DNA from: Candidatus Thorarchaeota archaeon
Lineage (GTDB): Archaea; Asgardarchaeota; Thorarchaeia; Thorarchaeales; Thorarchaeaceae
DNA length: 64,000 nt
NCBI GenBank assembly: GCA_963726195.1
Contig: CAVSBO010000018.1
Span: 32,001-96,000 of the forward strand
Direction: 5' to 3'
In this document: one piece after another, positions 31,930-42,998 of the stretch
Position numbering within the stretch: the first letter of the stretch is position 1
Layout of the letters: every line of letters begins with the position of its first letter
Position numbers and translations under genes: made by a program
The notes under the pieces: model-generated
Told to the model about the DNA's origin: nothing
The model's input: only the letters and a program-made list of their open reading frames with translations
Database searches by the model: none

Positions 31930-32304
31930 TCAGTCAGATACCAGAAGGACACCACCAATACCTTCTTCGGGCTTGATTACGACTCTGCGTCTGTCCAAGC
32001 TCTCTGACGTCTCAAGCTTAGTCCCCATGAGTGCGGGAATCTGGAATTCGCGTGTAACAATAGTTAGATGTGAGCCAAGCGCCCCTGATGTACAGACCAC
32101 ACCTGCGAGTTTGGACAGTACTGGTGCAAGAGTCGTTGTACCTGCGTCTTCAACAAGAACTATCTTGCCTTCTGGTCCCTCTTTCCAAAGCCGGACGACG
32201 TCTTGGATTGATTTGATGACTCTCATCTCCCCTTCAGCACTGAGCTTCAGGGTAATCAATCCCTGTCCGACTCTCCTCAAAGCAAGCAGTTCCACCAAAT
32301 CCAT
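31930..32304 (-). CDS. Stand-alone PEP-utilising swivel (phospho-His) domain
   Basis: GVVCTSGALGSHLTIVTREFQIPALMG motif with the catalytic His. Confidence 0.88.
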   Translation of the reverse strand: MDLVELLALRRVGQGLITLKLSAEGEMRVIKSIQDVVRLWKEGPEGKIVLVEDAGTTTLAPVLSKLAGVVCTSGALGSHLTIVTREFQIPALMGTKLETSESLDRRRVVIKPEEGIGGVLLVSD

Positions 32305-32504
32305 TTTTTGCGCAAAACGCCTGAAGGCATCTTAAAAGACTGGTGCATTCTTGGTGCCATATTATCACTCGGATGCCAAGATGCAGTTGATTATCGAAAC
32401 CCGCCGATATACATCCTTTGAAGGTCTGAAACGTTTAATATTGCCTAGGGGATGGGGCGCTGTTTCAGAAAGCGGCTACATTTCTTCACGGAGTTGTGAT
32501 TTGA

Positions 32505-33662
32505 TTGCAGGTTCGAGACGCGAACAAACAGATTGCTCATCTTTCTACAGTCTTCTCAAACATCCTACTGGAACGGGGTCTGCTCGAGTCCAAGCTCTTC
32601 CCTGTCAATGCCTACATATGTGTTGCATTCTACCAGACATATGCATGTCTCTACGATGTGATGAAACAGGTCTGGCAGAAGATATCGCCTGAAGAGCTTG
32701 CCAAGAGAAGCAAGACGCTGCTCTCAGAGGTTCAGGCACTATCAATAACCTACCTGTGGCTCTACTATTCGCTTGCAAGAATGGGGGTTATCTTCAACAA
32801 GTCCGAGAGTGACGCATCAAAGGAGCCGAAGGAGAAACGTGAGCAGTGGCTCTTTATGCTGGACAACTGGTACAGGCTCGCCACCAATTACTTCAATACA
32901 GGCAAGCCGACGGTCTCAGCTTCGGGCGGCACGAACTTAGCATTTGACAAGAAGACTATCGGCTGGTTGCTAGACCGGATGCAGCCAGTGAATGAAGCAC
33001 AAGTCAGCAAGGTCAGACGTGCTATAGGCTCTGTAGACCTGTACGCATTCATGGACGAATGTGAAGCACGAGCGAAGATCATCGACCATGGTCCATATCC
33101 ATTGGGCAAAGACGAGTCTCTGGTCGTTTCAGAGTACACGAACCTGCACGACGGAAAAGGCGAGTTGTGGATGCCGTGGTCCAATACTGAGGCCAAGCTC
33201 CCTTCATCCACATTAGGTATTGCCATGGTCCTGAAGGGTGCGACTGCGACGTTCAATGATGTCGGCACGATGACGATTGAACCTACTGAGTACGCAGGGC
33301 TCGTAACGAGGATGATGGCGTACACGAAGCGAGGCGGCAAAATCGTTCCATTGGGTCTCGATGAACTTCCTTCGTATGGCGATGCTGCCGATAAGGCTCA
33401 GGCTGAGCTCTACATGAAGTTCGCAGAGTGGGACAGAAAGCAACTCCTGACTGCTGGAGCCATAGCGTATTGGAGGGGCTTTGCTAGATACACGAATCAG
33501 GTTGGCATAACTCAGAAGATGGACTGGGGCCTTTCACCCAAGGTACTGGACGAGTATCTACCGACCTTCATGGAAGTCGACGCGGACCCTGCATTCTTCA
33601 GGATGTTCCGAGAGCAGGAGGAGCAGGACAAGGATCCCACACTCTATTTGCTTCCAGAGTGA
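32505..33662 (+). CDS. Hypothetical protein (385 aa, mostly helical)
   Basis: Long ORF with normal codon usage, divergent from the His-domain gene. Confidence 0.8.
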   Translation: MQVRDANKQIAHLSTVFSNILLERGLLESKLFPVNAYICVAFYQTYACLYDVMKQVWQKISPEELAKRSKTLLSEVQALSITYLWLYYSLARMGVIFNKSESDASKEPKEKREQWLFMLDNWYRLATNYFNTGKPTVSASGGTNLAFDKKTIGWLLDRMQPVNEAQVSKVRRAIGSVDLYAFMDECEARAKIIDHGPYPLGKDESLVVSEYTNLHDGKGELWMPWSNTEAKLPSSTLGIAMVLKGATATFNDVGTMTIEPTEYAGLVTRMMAYTKRGGKIVPLGLDELPSYGDAADKAQAELYMKFAEWDRKQLLTAGAIAYWRGFARYTNQVGITQKMDWGLSPKVLDEYLPTFMEVDADPAFFRMFREQEEQDKDPTLYLLPE

Positions 33663-33682
33663 TGCACGGATAATGCACAGCG

Positions 33683-34589
33683 GTGACCGACATGAGTTCA
33701 CCTGACGTCGCTGACGAGTACGCTCACAAGCCCTCTGAGCAAGTGGATTGGCGAGAAAGCTTCTACTTCAACTTCGTGGACCCAGACAGAGGAGTATCTG
33801 GTTTCACCACCATTGGTCTGCTCCCAAATGCTCGCAAGAGAGAATTTGTATTCGCCCTATTCCATGACGACAAGCGCGAAGCATACTTCGTTGAGCCAGA
33901 AGGACCGGTTCCGGAGGGTCTTGCAGAGTCCCTCACAGACGGTCACCTTGCCTATGAGATGATAAAGCCGCTCAGTGAGTGGAGAGCTGACTTTCCATGG
34001 AGAGAAGATAGCAGTTGATCTAAGGTGGAAAGCCCGATTTCCAGCGTACGACTTCGGCACCGGAAGCGGTACGTCATGGAGTGGCCACTTTGAGCAGTCA
34101 GAGAGCGTTACCGGCACAATCCAGTTTTCTGATGGCCCGCGGATCAAGATTAATGGGCTCGGGCAGCGTGACAAGAGTTGGGGTGCTCGCGACTGGCACA
34201 TCGAGGGTTGGTACGCACTTCATGCTCAGTTCGATACATTCTCCATTGGACTAAGGCGCGACACTGTCGCAGGGCAAGTTCACTCTTCTGGATCTATCTC
34301 GTCGCGACGCGGAAACGTACCGATTTCGAATGTTGAAGTGGAGACTGGCTTCTCTGGTGGGAAGGAACAAATGCCGGTCCGGGCCACCACTCATGTGTCC
34401 GGTGTCGATGGGTCCGACTACACACTTGAGTCTACGCTGATATCACCGACTGCCTTTGTCAGATTCTCAAGACAGTTCCCAGGTGGCTCAACGGATCTTT
34501 TCGAGAACATGGCGATGCATGAATACGGGAAGCAGAATAAGAAGGGGACGGGTCTGACTGAGTGGCTTTTCACACATAGAGGCTCGTAG
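33683..34589 (+). CDS. Lipocalin-like/CrtC-tocopherol cyclase-like beta protein, frameshift near 33980
   Basis: WRESFYFNF, GHFEQ and GQRDKSWGARDW, resembling AttH/CrtC-like folds. Confidence 0.65.
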
Positions 34590-34663
34590 AACTCACCGCA
34601 CTCTGTGGGTGGGGATGGAAGGCAGGTCCCTTGCAGGGCCTGCCACGTAATGTAGTCACCCTT

Positions 34664-36382
34664 CTACAGAGGCAATGTTGCCGCCACAATCCATGCAAAC
34701 AGCATGGCATTGAGCATGGCTCCTAGGTAGTAATGGTCTGTTACCCTGTATCCCCAAGCAGTGATGACTGTGCTCACTGCGAAATAGGGCACGAATGCAT
34801 AGAAGAAGAGGAGCGAGAAGCCCAGCAGAGTAGGGAAGAGCGGCCTTCCAGTAGCCAAGCCCACACCGTAGTCAATTGCTACCACGGCAAAATAGAGTAT
34901 GCACTTGATGAACATCGACTTCAGTGTCCACTTGGTCTGCGTGATTTTCCAGCTCTCCTCGGACCTAGTTCTCAGAATGCCCATCAACCACATTCCATCA
35001 ATCAGGAAGTAGATGAAGAACACGACACAGAACAGCGGGAATATCAAAGCGCGTGTTGGTGTGAGCAGGTTCAACCCGGGCATGAAACACCTGAAGTCGA
35101 GTGCCATGCCGAGGTCGACGAGTGCTGTCCAGGCGTAAAGCCATGCAATTACCCCCAAAGCCACCAAGAGGGTCCTGAGAAACCTGCGAATCGGTTTTTC
35201 GGCGCCATCGCCGATGCTAACCAAGCTGTCGATCGTGACACCGTTTTTGGGGCGAGCACGAAGAAGAGCATAGAGAACAAGCAGTGCAATCAATGCGCTA
35301 CCGAGGTTCCATAGACTGACAGCCAGTCCATAGTGCCCTGGAGAGGGAAGCACGTACTCGAGGACCGAACCAATCCCCAACAGAGGAAAGAACGTTCCGA
35401 GGCCAATTGCTCCATAGATGAGTCCTAACCCCAAGTATGACTTGTTATTTGCCGCATACTCAGAGCTCGGTCTTTGCTTCAAGACTCTGAACACTGGTAT
35501 GTCGATGAGTATCGCGAGGACAGGGAAAATCGAAAGCAGGACCCCAAAAAGACCTACGAAGCCACCGAAGAGCCAGTATGGGTAGATCAGGTCGGTGCTT
35601 GGCAGCCAGTGCGAGTCCTCTACTCCTCCCTTTAGACTTTCTTTCATCCACTCAACACTTTCGCTTATGATTGAGGGGTATATGGTCTCCAAGAGGTGGT
35701 TCGTGGGAGCAATTACAATCTTGCGAGCCGTTCCAGTGCTGAAGCTACCATATGTAATGCCGGCTTGGACGTTTGTAACTCCAAATGCAGTATCTAGCAA
35801 AGTGAGATTCCCGGGGTAGGAAGATAGAGAATCGAACTGACCAACCTCAACAAGTAAGTTGTGCGGATAGGTTGCGTTCGCAGTGGCGACCCAACTACCA
35901 ACTAACACGAACGCATTCACAGTTATTCCCGAGGTTTGGATTGCTTCCCATGCGATTCCACCGCCCATGCTGTGTCCTATGATGCCGAGGTCGGACGAGT
36001 TGACGTAGTCCAGAGTGGTCAAATACTTGAGTGCAGCGGCGCCCGAACCGCTGCCAGCATCGGAATCGCCATGACCATTAGCGTCGATGGTCAACACAAC
36101 GAATCCGCGTCGGGTCAATTCGATTCCAAAAGCCATCAACCATTCCTTGCTCTGCATTATACCATGAATGACAACGACCCCGGGTAGCGGGTTTGAAGTC
36201 GTAGCGTACAATGGTCTCTGAAGGGTTGCATGAATGTTGGAACCGTCAGCCGCTCTGAAATCAACTTCAGACACGGCGACTCTACCAAATCCTCCTTGGA
36301 CTACCGAGGCAGTTCCTGTGCCAGCCAGAATTAGCACAATACTCAGTATGAGAATCAGATACCTTGGGCGGAGAAGCCGCAT
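34664..36382 (-). CDS. Membrane-anchored alpha/beta hydrolase
   Basis: Signal/TM, VVIHG and the GHSMGG nucleophile elbow, then multiple C-terminal TM helices. Confidence 0.88.
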   Translation of the reverse strand: MRLLRPRYLILILSIVLILAGTGTASVVQGGFGRVAVSEVDFRAADGSNIHATLQRPLYATTSNPLPGVVVIHGIMQSKEWLMAFGIELTRRGFVVLTIDANGHGDSDAGSGSGAAALKYLTTLDYVNSSDLGIIGHSMGGGIAWEAIQTSGITVNAFVLVGSWVATANATYPHNLLVEVGQFDSLSSYPGNLTLLDTAFGVTNVQAGITYGSFSTGTARKIVIAPTNHLLETIYPSIISESVEWMKESLKGGVEDSHWLPSTDLIYPYWLFGGFVGLFGVLLSIFPVLAILIDIPVFRVLKQRPSSEYAANNKSYLGLGLIYGAIGLGTFFPLLGIGSVLEYVLPSPGHYGLAVSLWNLGSALIALLVLYALLRARPKNGVTIDSLVSIGDGAEKPIRRFLRTLLVALGVIAWLYAWTALVDLGMALDFRCFMPGLNLLTPTRALIFPLFCVVFFIYFLIDGMWLMGILRTRSEESWKITQTKWTLKSMFIKCILYFAVVAIDYGVGLATGRPLFPTLLGFSLLFFYAFVPYFAVSTVITAWGYRVTDHYYLGAMLNAMLFAWIVAATLPL

Positions 36383-36493
36383 TCGGATTGTTCCTCCTAA
36401 GTGAAATCCTGCTCCTGTGAATAGCTCCCTTTATGTCATACGGAACTCGGAGAGATTACGTCTTATCACGAACTAGCAAGGAGATGCACGGCG

Positions 36494-37132
36494 ATGCCCG
36501 ACTGGGAATCAATCTTTGCTGAGCAAGGCAAGGTCTTTACAGAGCCTCACAAGGACATGCCTAGAATCTCTCAGACCTTCAGCGATCGAGGGGTTCAGAA
36601 GATTCTCGATGTTGGCTGCGGTACTGGGCGTCATCTCGTGTTTCTTTCCAAGCTTGGATTCAAGATGTACGGGTTCGATGCATCGCCAAGGGCACTGGCC
36701 ATGGCCCGGAAGTGGTTGTCAGAGAGCGGTCTCGAAGCAGACCTCAAGTTACACAAGATGGAGGAACCCTTTCCTTACACTGATGGTTTCTTTGACGCAG
36801 TCATAGCGATACACGTTATACACCACAATCTGGTCCGCGACATTCTGAAGACAATACATGAGATTGAGAGAATCCTCAGGCCTTGGGGTTTGATATTCAT
36901 CAGCGTGCCAACTGATGGTTCTTCCAAGCAAGGTGACTGGGACCTTCAAATGGTTGAGAAAGGTACCTACATACCCCGCAAGGGCCGAGAGTCCGGTGTG
37001 CTGCATCATTATTTCACAGAGCAAGAAATCTACAGCATGTTTGATTCTTTCGACATTCTTGAGATGTACATAGATGACACAGGGCACAGGTGCTTTCTCG
37101 GGACGAAAAAGAAAAGCCGTAGAAGACAATGA
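36494..37132 (+). CDS. Class I SAM-dependent methyltransferase
   Basis: ILDVGCGTGRH, PYTDGFFDAV, ERILRPWG. Confidence 0.92.
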   Translation: MPDWESIFAEQGKVFTEPHKDMPRISQTFSDRGVQKILDVGCGTGRHLVFLSKLGFKMYGFDASPRALAMARKWLSESGLEADLKLHKMEEPFPYTDGFFDAVIAIHVIHHNLVRDILKTIHEIERILRPWGLIFISVPTDGSSKQGDWDLQMVEKGTYIPRKGRESGVLHHYFTEQEIYSMFDSFDILEMYIDDTGHRCFLGTKKKSRRRQ

Positions 37133-37201
37133 CTTGCGAGGAACATCTTCAGAGCCGAGAAACCTCCTGTGACAGTAGGAAGCCACCGAACGTTAAGGCT
37201 G

Positions 37202-38419
37202 TTACAGCCCAAATATGGGAAAGACCAGCTTCTTGACGGTCTCTATGGTCTCTCCTACTGCTCGGTGGACGTTCTGACGATGCTCTGCATCTGTGCACAT
37301 CGGTCTGTCAGTCCATCCTGTTCTTGCAACATCAAGACCGTGTCTGTGACACAGTTCAATCCAGCTTGCTGGCAGTGTTGGCGGTAGCGGTATCTCTGCG
37401 AGGTCAGCTAGTATCATCGTCCAGATCTTGGCGGTAGCAACCGGGTCGTATCCACCGCCTCCTACGACCACCAGCTTTCTGCCGCCAAGATGTACTTGTT
37501 CTCTGACAGTCTTGGAGAGTCGCTGATAGGTATCAAGCGTGAGCATTAGGTCAGTGAGTGGGTCCTTTTCGTGCGCATCACCCCCGACTTCCCAGAAAAC
37601 GAAATCAGGCCTGTAGGCTTTCCAAATCGGGGGGACCAATTCCTCAAAGGCCCTCCAATACTCGACATCGTCTGTCAGGGGCGGCAAGGGGATGTTCACA
37701 GAGTAGCCCTTTCCTTCTCCCTCGCCGATTTCTTCAGCTTGTCCTGTGCCGGGGAAGAAGCCCATGCTGTATTCGTGGGTTGATATAGTCAGAACATTAG
37801 GGTCTGAGTAGAATGCCTGCTGAGTTCCGTCACTGTGATGCGCATCAGTGTCCAGATACAGGACTTTCTTGTTTGGGTAGGCTCTCCTGTACTTCCTTAT
37901 TGCAATGGCACAGTCATTGTAGTAACAGAAGCCTGCCGCCATGCTTGGCATTGCATGATGGAATCCACCAAAGAACGAAATCGCGTTCCTGAACAGTCCT
38001 TCAGCCACTCCTGTCACTGCATCGATTGTTGCGCCGACGGGATAGCTTGCATACTTGTCGACGTCCGGGAAAATCGGGCAATCATCCGTGTCCAAGCCAA
38101 AGCGAGAGGAAAAGGCAGAGCCCATGTTTCCGAACAGTTCGAGTGTTTCGATATACGACGAGTCATGATAGAGTCTGAGTTCCTCCCTAGATGCAAGTCG
38201 CATAGGCTGCAACGAAATATGTTGGTTGTTGAGCAGGCCCAACGTAACGGGGAGTCCCCACGTTATGTCCAGTCTGGCCCTGTTCCAAAAGGCGTTAGGT
38301 TCGGTCCTCAGTCTGTCGAGCTGGTCAACTCCTCCAAGTCTCAAGAGCGCCTGAGGGTCAAATAGGGCAGTCAACTCGGACATCTGGTGTCCTCCTTTTC
38401 TATAGGGACCGGGTTCCAC
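37202..38419 (-). CDS. AcuC/histone-deacetylase-family Zn-dependent deacylase
   Basis: GGFHHA, GFCYYND, DTDAHHSDG, FFPGTG, NIPLP, DAHEKDPL, GGGGY. Confidence 0.93.
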   Translation of the reverse strand: MEPGPYRKGGHQMSELTALFDPQALLRLGGVDQLDRLRTEPNAFWNRARLDITWGLPVTLGLLNNQHISLQPMRLASREELRLYHDSSYIETLELFGNMGSAFSSRFGLDTDDCPIFPDVDKYASYPVGATIDAVTGVAEGLFRNAISFFGGFHHAMPSMAAGFCYYNDCAIAIRKYRRAYPNKKVLYLDTDAHHSDGTQQAFYSDPNVLTISTHEYSMGFFPGTGQAEEIGEGEGKGYSVNIPLPPLTDDVEYWRAFEELVPPIWKAYRPDFVFWEVGGDAHEKDPLTDLMLTLDTYQRLSKTVREQVHLGGRKLVVVGGGGYDPVATAKIWTMILADLAEIPLPPTLPASWIELCHRHGLDVARTGWTDRPMCTDAEHRQNVHRAVGETIETVKKLVFPIFGL

Positions 38420-38503
38420 AGATTTCCCGATGCTCTTATTCTTGGCGTCTAGGCCTTTGAGAGGGCCTATACGGTATCCATTGAATAGCCCATTCTCTTC
38501 GCA

Positions 38504-39601
38504 TTGGCCTCGCGCATCTGCGGTTCGAGATTCGAAAGCCTCATTATTGTCGATGTGGTTTCGATTAGGCAGATGTCACGATTTGAGCTTGTCAAGCAGA
38601 CTCTTCTAGGGAACATCGGCGATAGCATACCGATCTCCGTCTGGAAACACCATCCTGAGATTGACCGCACTTCAGAGGGGCTTGCAGAAGCCGAGATAGC
38701 ACTGCACAGAATGTTCGACCATGATATAATCAAGATATCCTTCCATGGTTGTTACCCGGCCGTGGACTGGGGCTGCGTACCAGTTTATGATGGGGCGGTC
38801 TCGGGATCTACCAAATGCGCGAGCTGCGTTGTCTGTTCATTGGCTGACTGGGAGACACTTGAACCGTTGGACGTTAATGCTGGCGAGTTTGGCAGGCAGG
38901 TCCGTGCAGTACAACTCGTGCACGAATATGCGCAAAGTCTTGTGCCCACCATGGCCACTGTGTTTGATCCGCCAATGGTAGCAGACATACTCTGCGACGG
39001 AAGGCTCAAGGAGTATATGGACAAGAATCCGGACATTGTGAAAGGTGCGCTCGAACTGATAACGAACGTGATGGTTGATTTTGCTCGGGCTGCACTTGAC
39101 GCGGGCTCAGACGGTATTTTTCTGGCCTCACAGCATGCAACCTATGAATCCGTATCTGACAAACAGTACGAGGAATTCGTCCTTCCATATGACCTGAAGG
39201 TGTTGTCCAGACTGAGACGCAAAGCCGGGTTCGTTCTCATGCATCTTCATTCCGGAGACGATGACAAGCGAATTCGATTCGAGAAGATTTCGCGAATAGC
39301 TGCTCTGGATGGCTTGAACTGGGCAGATCAGAGCGTGGCTCCAACGTTGAAACAGATGAAGGACCAGACAAGAATGGCTGTCTTCGGTGGAATTGACCAT
39401 AATGGCGTATTGAGGACCGGGACTGCTGATGAAGTGAAGGAAGAGGTCTTGGAAGCAATACGAGCTGCCGGTCTTGAGCGGCTGGTCGTTGCGCCGGGCT
39501 GCGTAATTCCTATTGACGCACCCGAGGAAAACATTCATGCTGTAGTCGATGCAACGAGGTCCATAGTTCCTTGGGACAAAGAGTGGGAGGCCTACAGATG
39601 A
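38504..39601 (+). CDS. Uroporphyrinogen decarboxylase/MtaA-CmuA family protein
   Basis: TIM-barrel features: YEEFVLPYD, MHLH, VFGGID, APGCVIP. Confidence 0.8.
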   Translation: MASRICGSRFESLIIVDVVSIRQMSRFELVKQTLLGNIGDSIPISVWKHHPEIDRTSEGLAEAEIALHRMFDHDIIKISFHGCYPAVDWGCVPVYDGAVSGSTKCASCVVCSLADWETLEPLDVNAGEFGRQVRAVQLVHEYAQSLVPTMATVFDPPMVADILCDGRLKEYMDKNPDIVKGALELITNVMVDFARAALDAGSDGIFLASQHATYESVSDKQYEEFVLPYDLKVLSRLRRKAGFVLMHLHSGDDDKRIRFEKISRIAALDGLNWADQSVAPTLKQMKDQTRMAVFGGIDHNGVLRTGTADEVKEEVLEAIRAAGLERLVVAPGCVIPIDAPEENIHAVVDATRSIVPWDKEWEAYR

Positions 39602-41312
39602 AGAACAACGAGGTTGTACAGGTACTCAACGAGATGGCAGTCCTTCTTGAAATACAAGGGAAGGACAAGTTCAAGCCGAAGGCATACAGCAGGGCTGCAC
39701 GTTCTATATCCTCTCTTGGTGAGGATATCGAGGCCATAGCCGCACGTGGCGAACTAACGGGAATTCCGGGAGTTGGCAAGTCGCTGGCAGACAAAATCGA
39801 TGCTTATCTCAAGACGGGCTCGATTGCCCAACTCGAGCAGTTGCGAAAGGAAATCCCTGTGAAAGTGAAGGAACTCGACGCTATTCCCGGTGTCGGCCCG
39901 ATGACGATGAAACTGCTTTTTGAGAGCATCGGCATAACAGACCTCGAGTCTCTGGAGAAGGCCGTCAAGGAGGGACAGCTTACGGGCTTGAAAGGCATTG
40001 GACAAAAGACGGTCGACCAGATAGACTCAGGGCATCCAGCTTGCGCGTGCTGGTCTTGGCCGAACCCTCTTAGCGAATGCCTTTCCTATTATTGAGAGTA
40101 TTGAGAGTTCGTTGAGACGGGTCCGGGGCGTGCGGCGAAATCACAATTACAGGCTCATTTCGTCGTAGGAAGGAGACCATTGGTGACATTGACGTACTGG
40201 TCGAGGCAGATGATGCAGAGCAGTTGATGGACTCATTCGTTCGTTTTGAGGGTGTTGCCGATGTTCTTACTCATGGACCAACCAAGTCCTCTGTGCGTCT
40301 CACCAGCGGCATTCAGGTTGACGTTCGTGTGCTTCCGCCAGATAGCTACGGAGCTGGTCTTCAGTACTTCACTGGTAGCATTGACCACAATGTGCATGTG
40401 AGGACGATTGCCCAGAAGCAAGGTCTCAGACTCAGCGAGTACGGTCTCTACAGAGGGGACGAGCAAATCGCGGGCAAGGAGGAGGAAGGCATCTATAGAG
40501 CATTAGGTCTGGACTATATCGAGCCGGAACTCAGGGAAGACAAAGGTGAGATTGAGGCAGCACAGCACCACCAACTTCCTGATTTGGTGTCGTTAGGGCA
40601 AATACGGGGTGACCTGCACACTCATACTGACAAATCAGATGGTGCCAACTCGATTGAAGAGATGCTGGAGGCCGCATCCGCAAAGTCATACGAATACTTC
40701 TGCATATCAGACCACACAAAGAGCCTGACCATAGCCGGCGGCATGACAGAGGAACAGATACTTGCTTCAATTAACGAGATTGATGAGATCAACTCGTCAG
40801 GCAAATGGAAGATGAGAGCCCTAAAGGGTGCCGAGGTGGATATACTTCCCAATGGAGACCTCGACATTAGCGACGAAGTGCTTCGACAGCTGGACATTGT
40901 GACGGCATCCGTTCACTCAAAGATGAAGGATACCAAGGAAGCAATCACTGATCGGGTCTGTGCAGCAATTCAGAATAGGCACGTGGACATCTTGGGTCAT
41001 CCTACTGGCCGGCTCCTGTTGAAACGTTCAGAGTACGAGGTGGATCTTGAGAGGATATTCGAAACTGCGCGCACTGGGGGTGTCGTTATGGAGCTTAACA
41101 GTCATCCAGAAAGGCTTGACCTCAATGATGGGAATCTCAGAGCAGCTAAGCGGTATGGATTGAAGATTGCGATAAACACAGATGCTCATCGTATAGGAGA
41201 GCTTGACAACATGCAGTTCGGTGTGTTCCAAGCGCGGCGGGGGTGGCTTGAAGCCAAGGATGTAATTAACACATACCCACTGAAGGAAATGATTAAACTG
41301 CTGAGGAAGTAG
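39598..41312 (+). CDS. polX: DNA polymerase X with PHP domain, frameshifts near 40030 and 40140
   Basis: AYSRAA, HhH GIPGVG, GSFRRRKETIGDID (intermediate frame), YFTGSIDHN, and PHP motifs GDLHTHT, SDH, GHPTGR, NTDAH. Confidence 0.93.
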
Positions 41313-41905
41313 ACGCGCCCATTCGCATTCCTAGATGGCGAGTAAAAAGGCTCTATTTCTGATTTCGTGCCACCTTAGTGCTCGTCTCAGTCACGACATG
41401 TGACTCTCTCTTGTGACCCTGAGACGTGGCTCCGCATTATATACTGAACCTGAGTGGTGTTGCTTGTGAAATAACATGGCACACGAAAGCAATTCCCGAA
41501 ACATCTCTGTGACGAAGAACACCAAGTACCAGTCCACCAATGCAGTGGCCTACGGATACCTTACATCAATTCGAATGAGGTGAAAGAATGGCTCAGACAA
41601 GAATCGCGAACAGAATTCGAAGGCCAGCAGCCCTCAAGGTCCAAATGACAACTGAGGCAATCGCTCAAGCCTACTTCTCTAGGTGAACATTGATGAGCAC
41701 ATCATCGGATGAGCGCTCCCAGACTAATCCCGAGAGTGAACACGTAGTCGACTCGGACTCACCCACTGAGCGTGGGCTTACGCTAGAAGAGGTGCTCGCG
41801 TTGGAGGCGACGTGAGCCCCCTCCTGTTTTCATTTTGAATCGCAATCTATACTGAGTGTCTTTGCCTGGGGGACCCAGACATTCATCATCATCCAAAAGA
41901 ATGAA

Positions 41906-42019
41906 TGGTGCCGAGGGCGAGACTCGAACTCGCGTACTCCTACGAGAAAGGATTTCTCATCCGAAGCTTGACCAATGATCTTGAGTCCTTCGCCGTTGGC
42001 CTAGCTTGGCTACCTCGGC
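41906..42019 (-). tRNA. tRNA-Leu(CAA) with canonical 37/38 BHB intron (26 nt)
   Basis: Reverse complement GCCGAGG...AAGGA-CTCAAG|atcattggtcaagcttcggatgagaa|A-TCCTT, long variable arm, TTCGAGT, CCA. BHB central helix CTCA/TGAG with AGA/AAA bulges. Confidence 0.95.
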
Positions 42020-42157
42020 ACACTGGCTGCAATCTCCCCAGTTGGTATATAGCCGTTTTCCCTTGTAGTTCTAGTTCGACACATCTGAGCGAGAGAATCC
42101 CCTTTCTTAGTCAGGCTTATCAGGAAGATCTCAAACCGTCCATCTTGGATTCCGTGC

Positions 42158-42958
42158 TTGGAGCCGAAGAGTATGCCATATCTCACGATAGAAGACTTCT
42201 CGATGTTCTATGATGTCTGTGGCAAAGGCAGATCTGTGTTACTGATACACGGCTTAGGATCAGATCATCGTGGCTGGGAGTATCAGGAGAACGACTTGAA
42301 GAGGCATTTTCAGCTAATAATCCCCGACCTTCGCGGGCACGGGCACTCGAGAGGTGGTATCTCTGACTTTGTTCCGGCGCGGCGGTTCGCAGAGGATCTA
42401 GATGCACTGCTGTCGCACCTGCAACTTGACAAGGCACATGTCATAGGTGAGTCTATGGGCGGTATCATAGCTCTTGAGTTTGTCCTAGATTTCCCTGAGC
42501 ACGTTGACAGACTGGTGCTCGTGGATACCACACCCAGAGTAACCGAGGAGACAGCTGATGTTGTTTATAGCTGGCGCGAGGCACAATTGGCTGGTGGAAA
42601 TGACGCATTCTTCTGGGCCTCGTTACGAAGCGGCTTCTCGCCTCAGTGGATTGAGAAGAACACAGAAACCGTCCAACACCTCAGACAGAAAGCCCAAAGT
42701 GTGAATGCAGAAGGAGTTGTCGCTGCTGGTCTCGGTCTTGCGACAGCCGACGTAACTGAGCGTCTTTCCGAAATCACTGCACCTACGCTCGTTATTCACG
42801 GTGATTCTGACAGAATAATCAACATTGAGATGGGGCGGCTCATCAACAAGGGCATAGGGAATTCAAGGCTAAAGGTTCTCAAGGGGTGTGGCCATTCCCC
42901 GACCGTACAAAAAGCCGAGGAACTCAATCGTCTTCTCATTTCGTTCCTCAGGAGTTGA
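42158..42958 (+). CDS. Alpha/beta hydrolase (enol-lactone hydrolase-like)
   Basis: LIHGLG, DLRGHG, GESMGG, HGDSD, GCGH. Confidence 0.9.
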   Translation: MEPKSMPYLTIEDFSMFYDVCGKGRSVLLIHGLGSDHRGWEYQENDLKRHFQLIIPDLRGHGHSRGGISDFVPARRFAEDLDALLSHLQLDKAHVIGESMGGIIALEFVLDFPEHVDRLVLVDTTPRVTEETADVVYSWREAQLAGGNDAFFWASLRSGFSPQWIEKNTETVQHLRQKAQSVNAEGVVAAGLGLATADVTERLSEITAPTLVIHGDSDRIINIEMGRLINKGIGNSRLKVLKGCGHSPTVQKAEELNRLLISFLRS

Positions 42959-42998
42959 ATATCTCGGACGGAAATTGGGAATGTCGTTCTGTGAGAAT

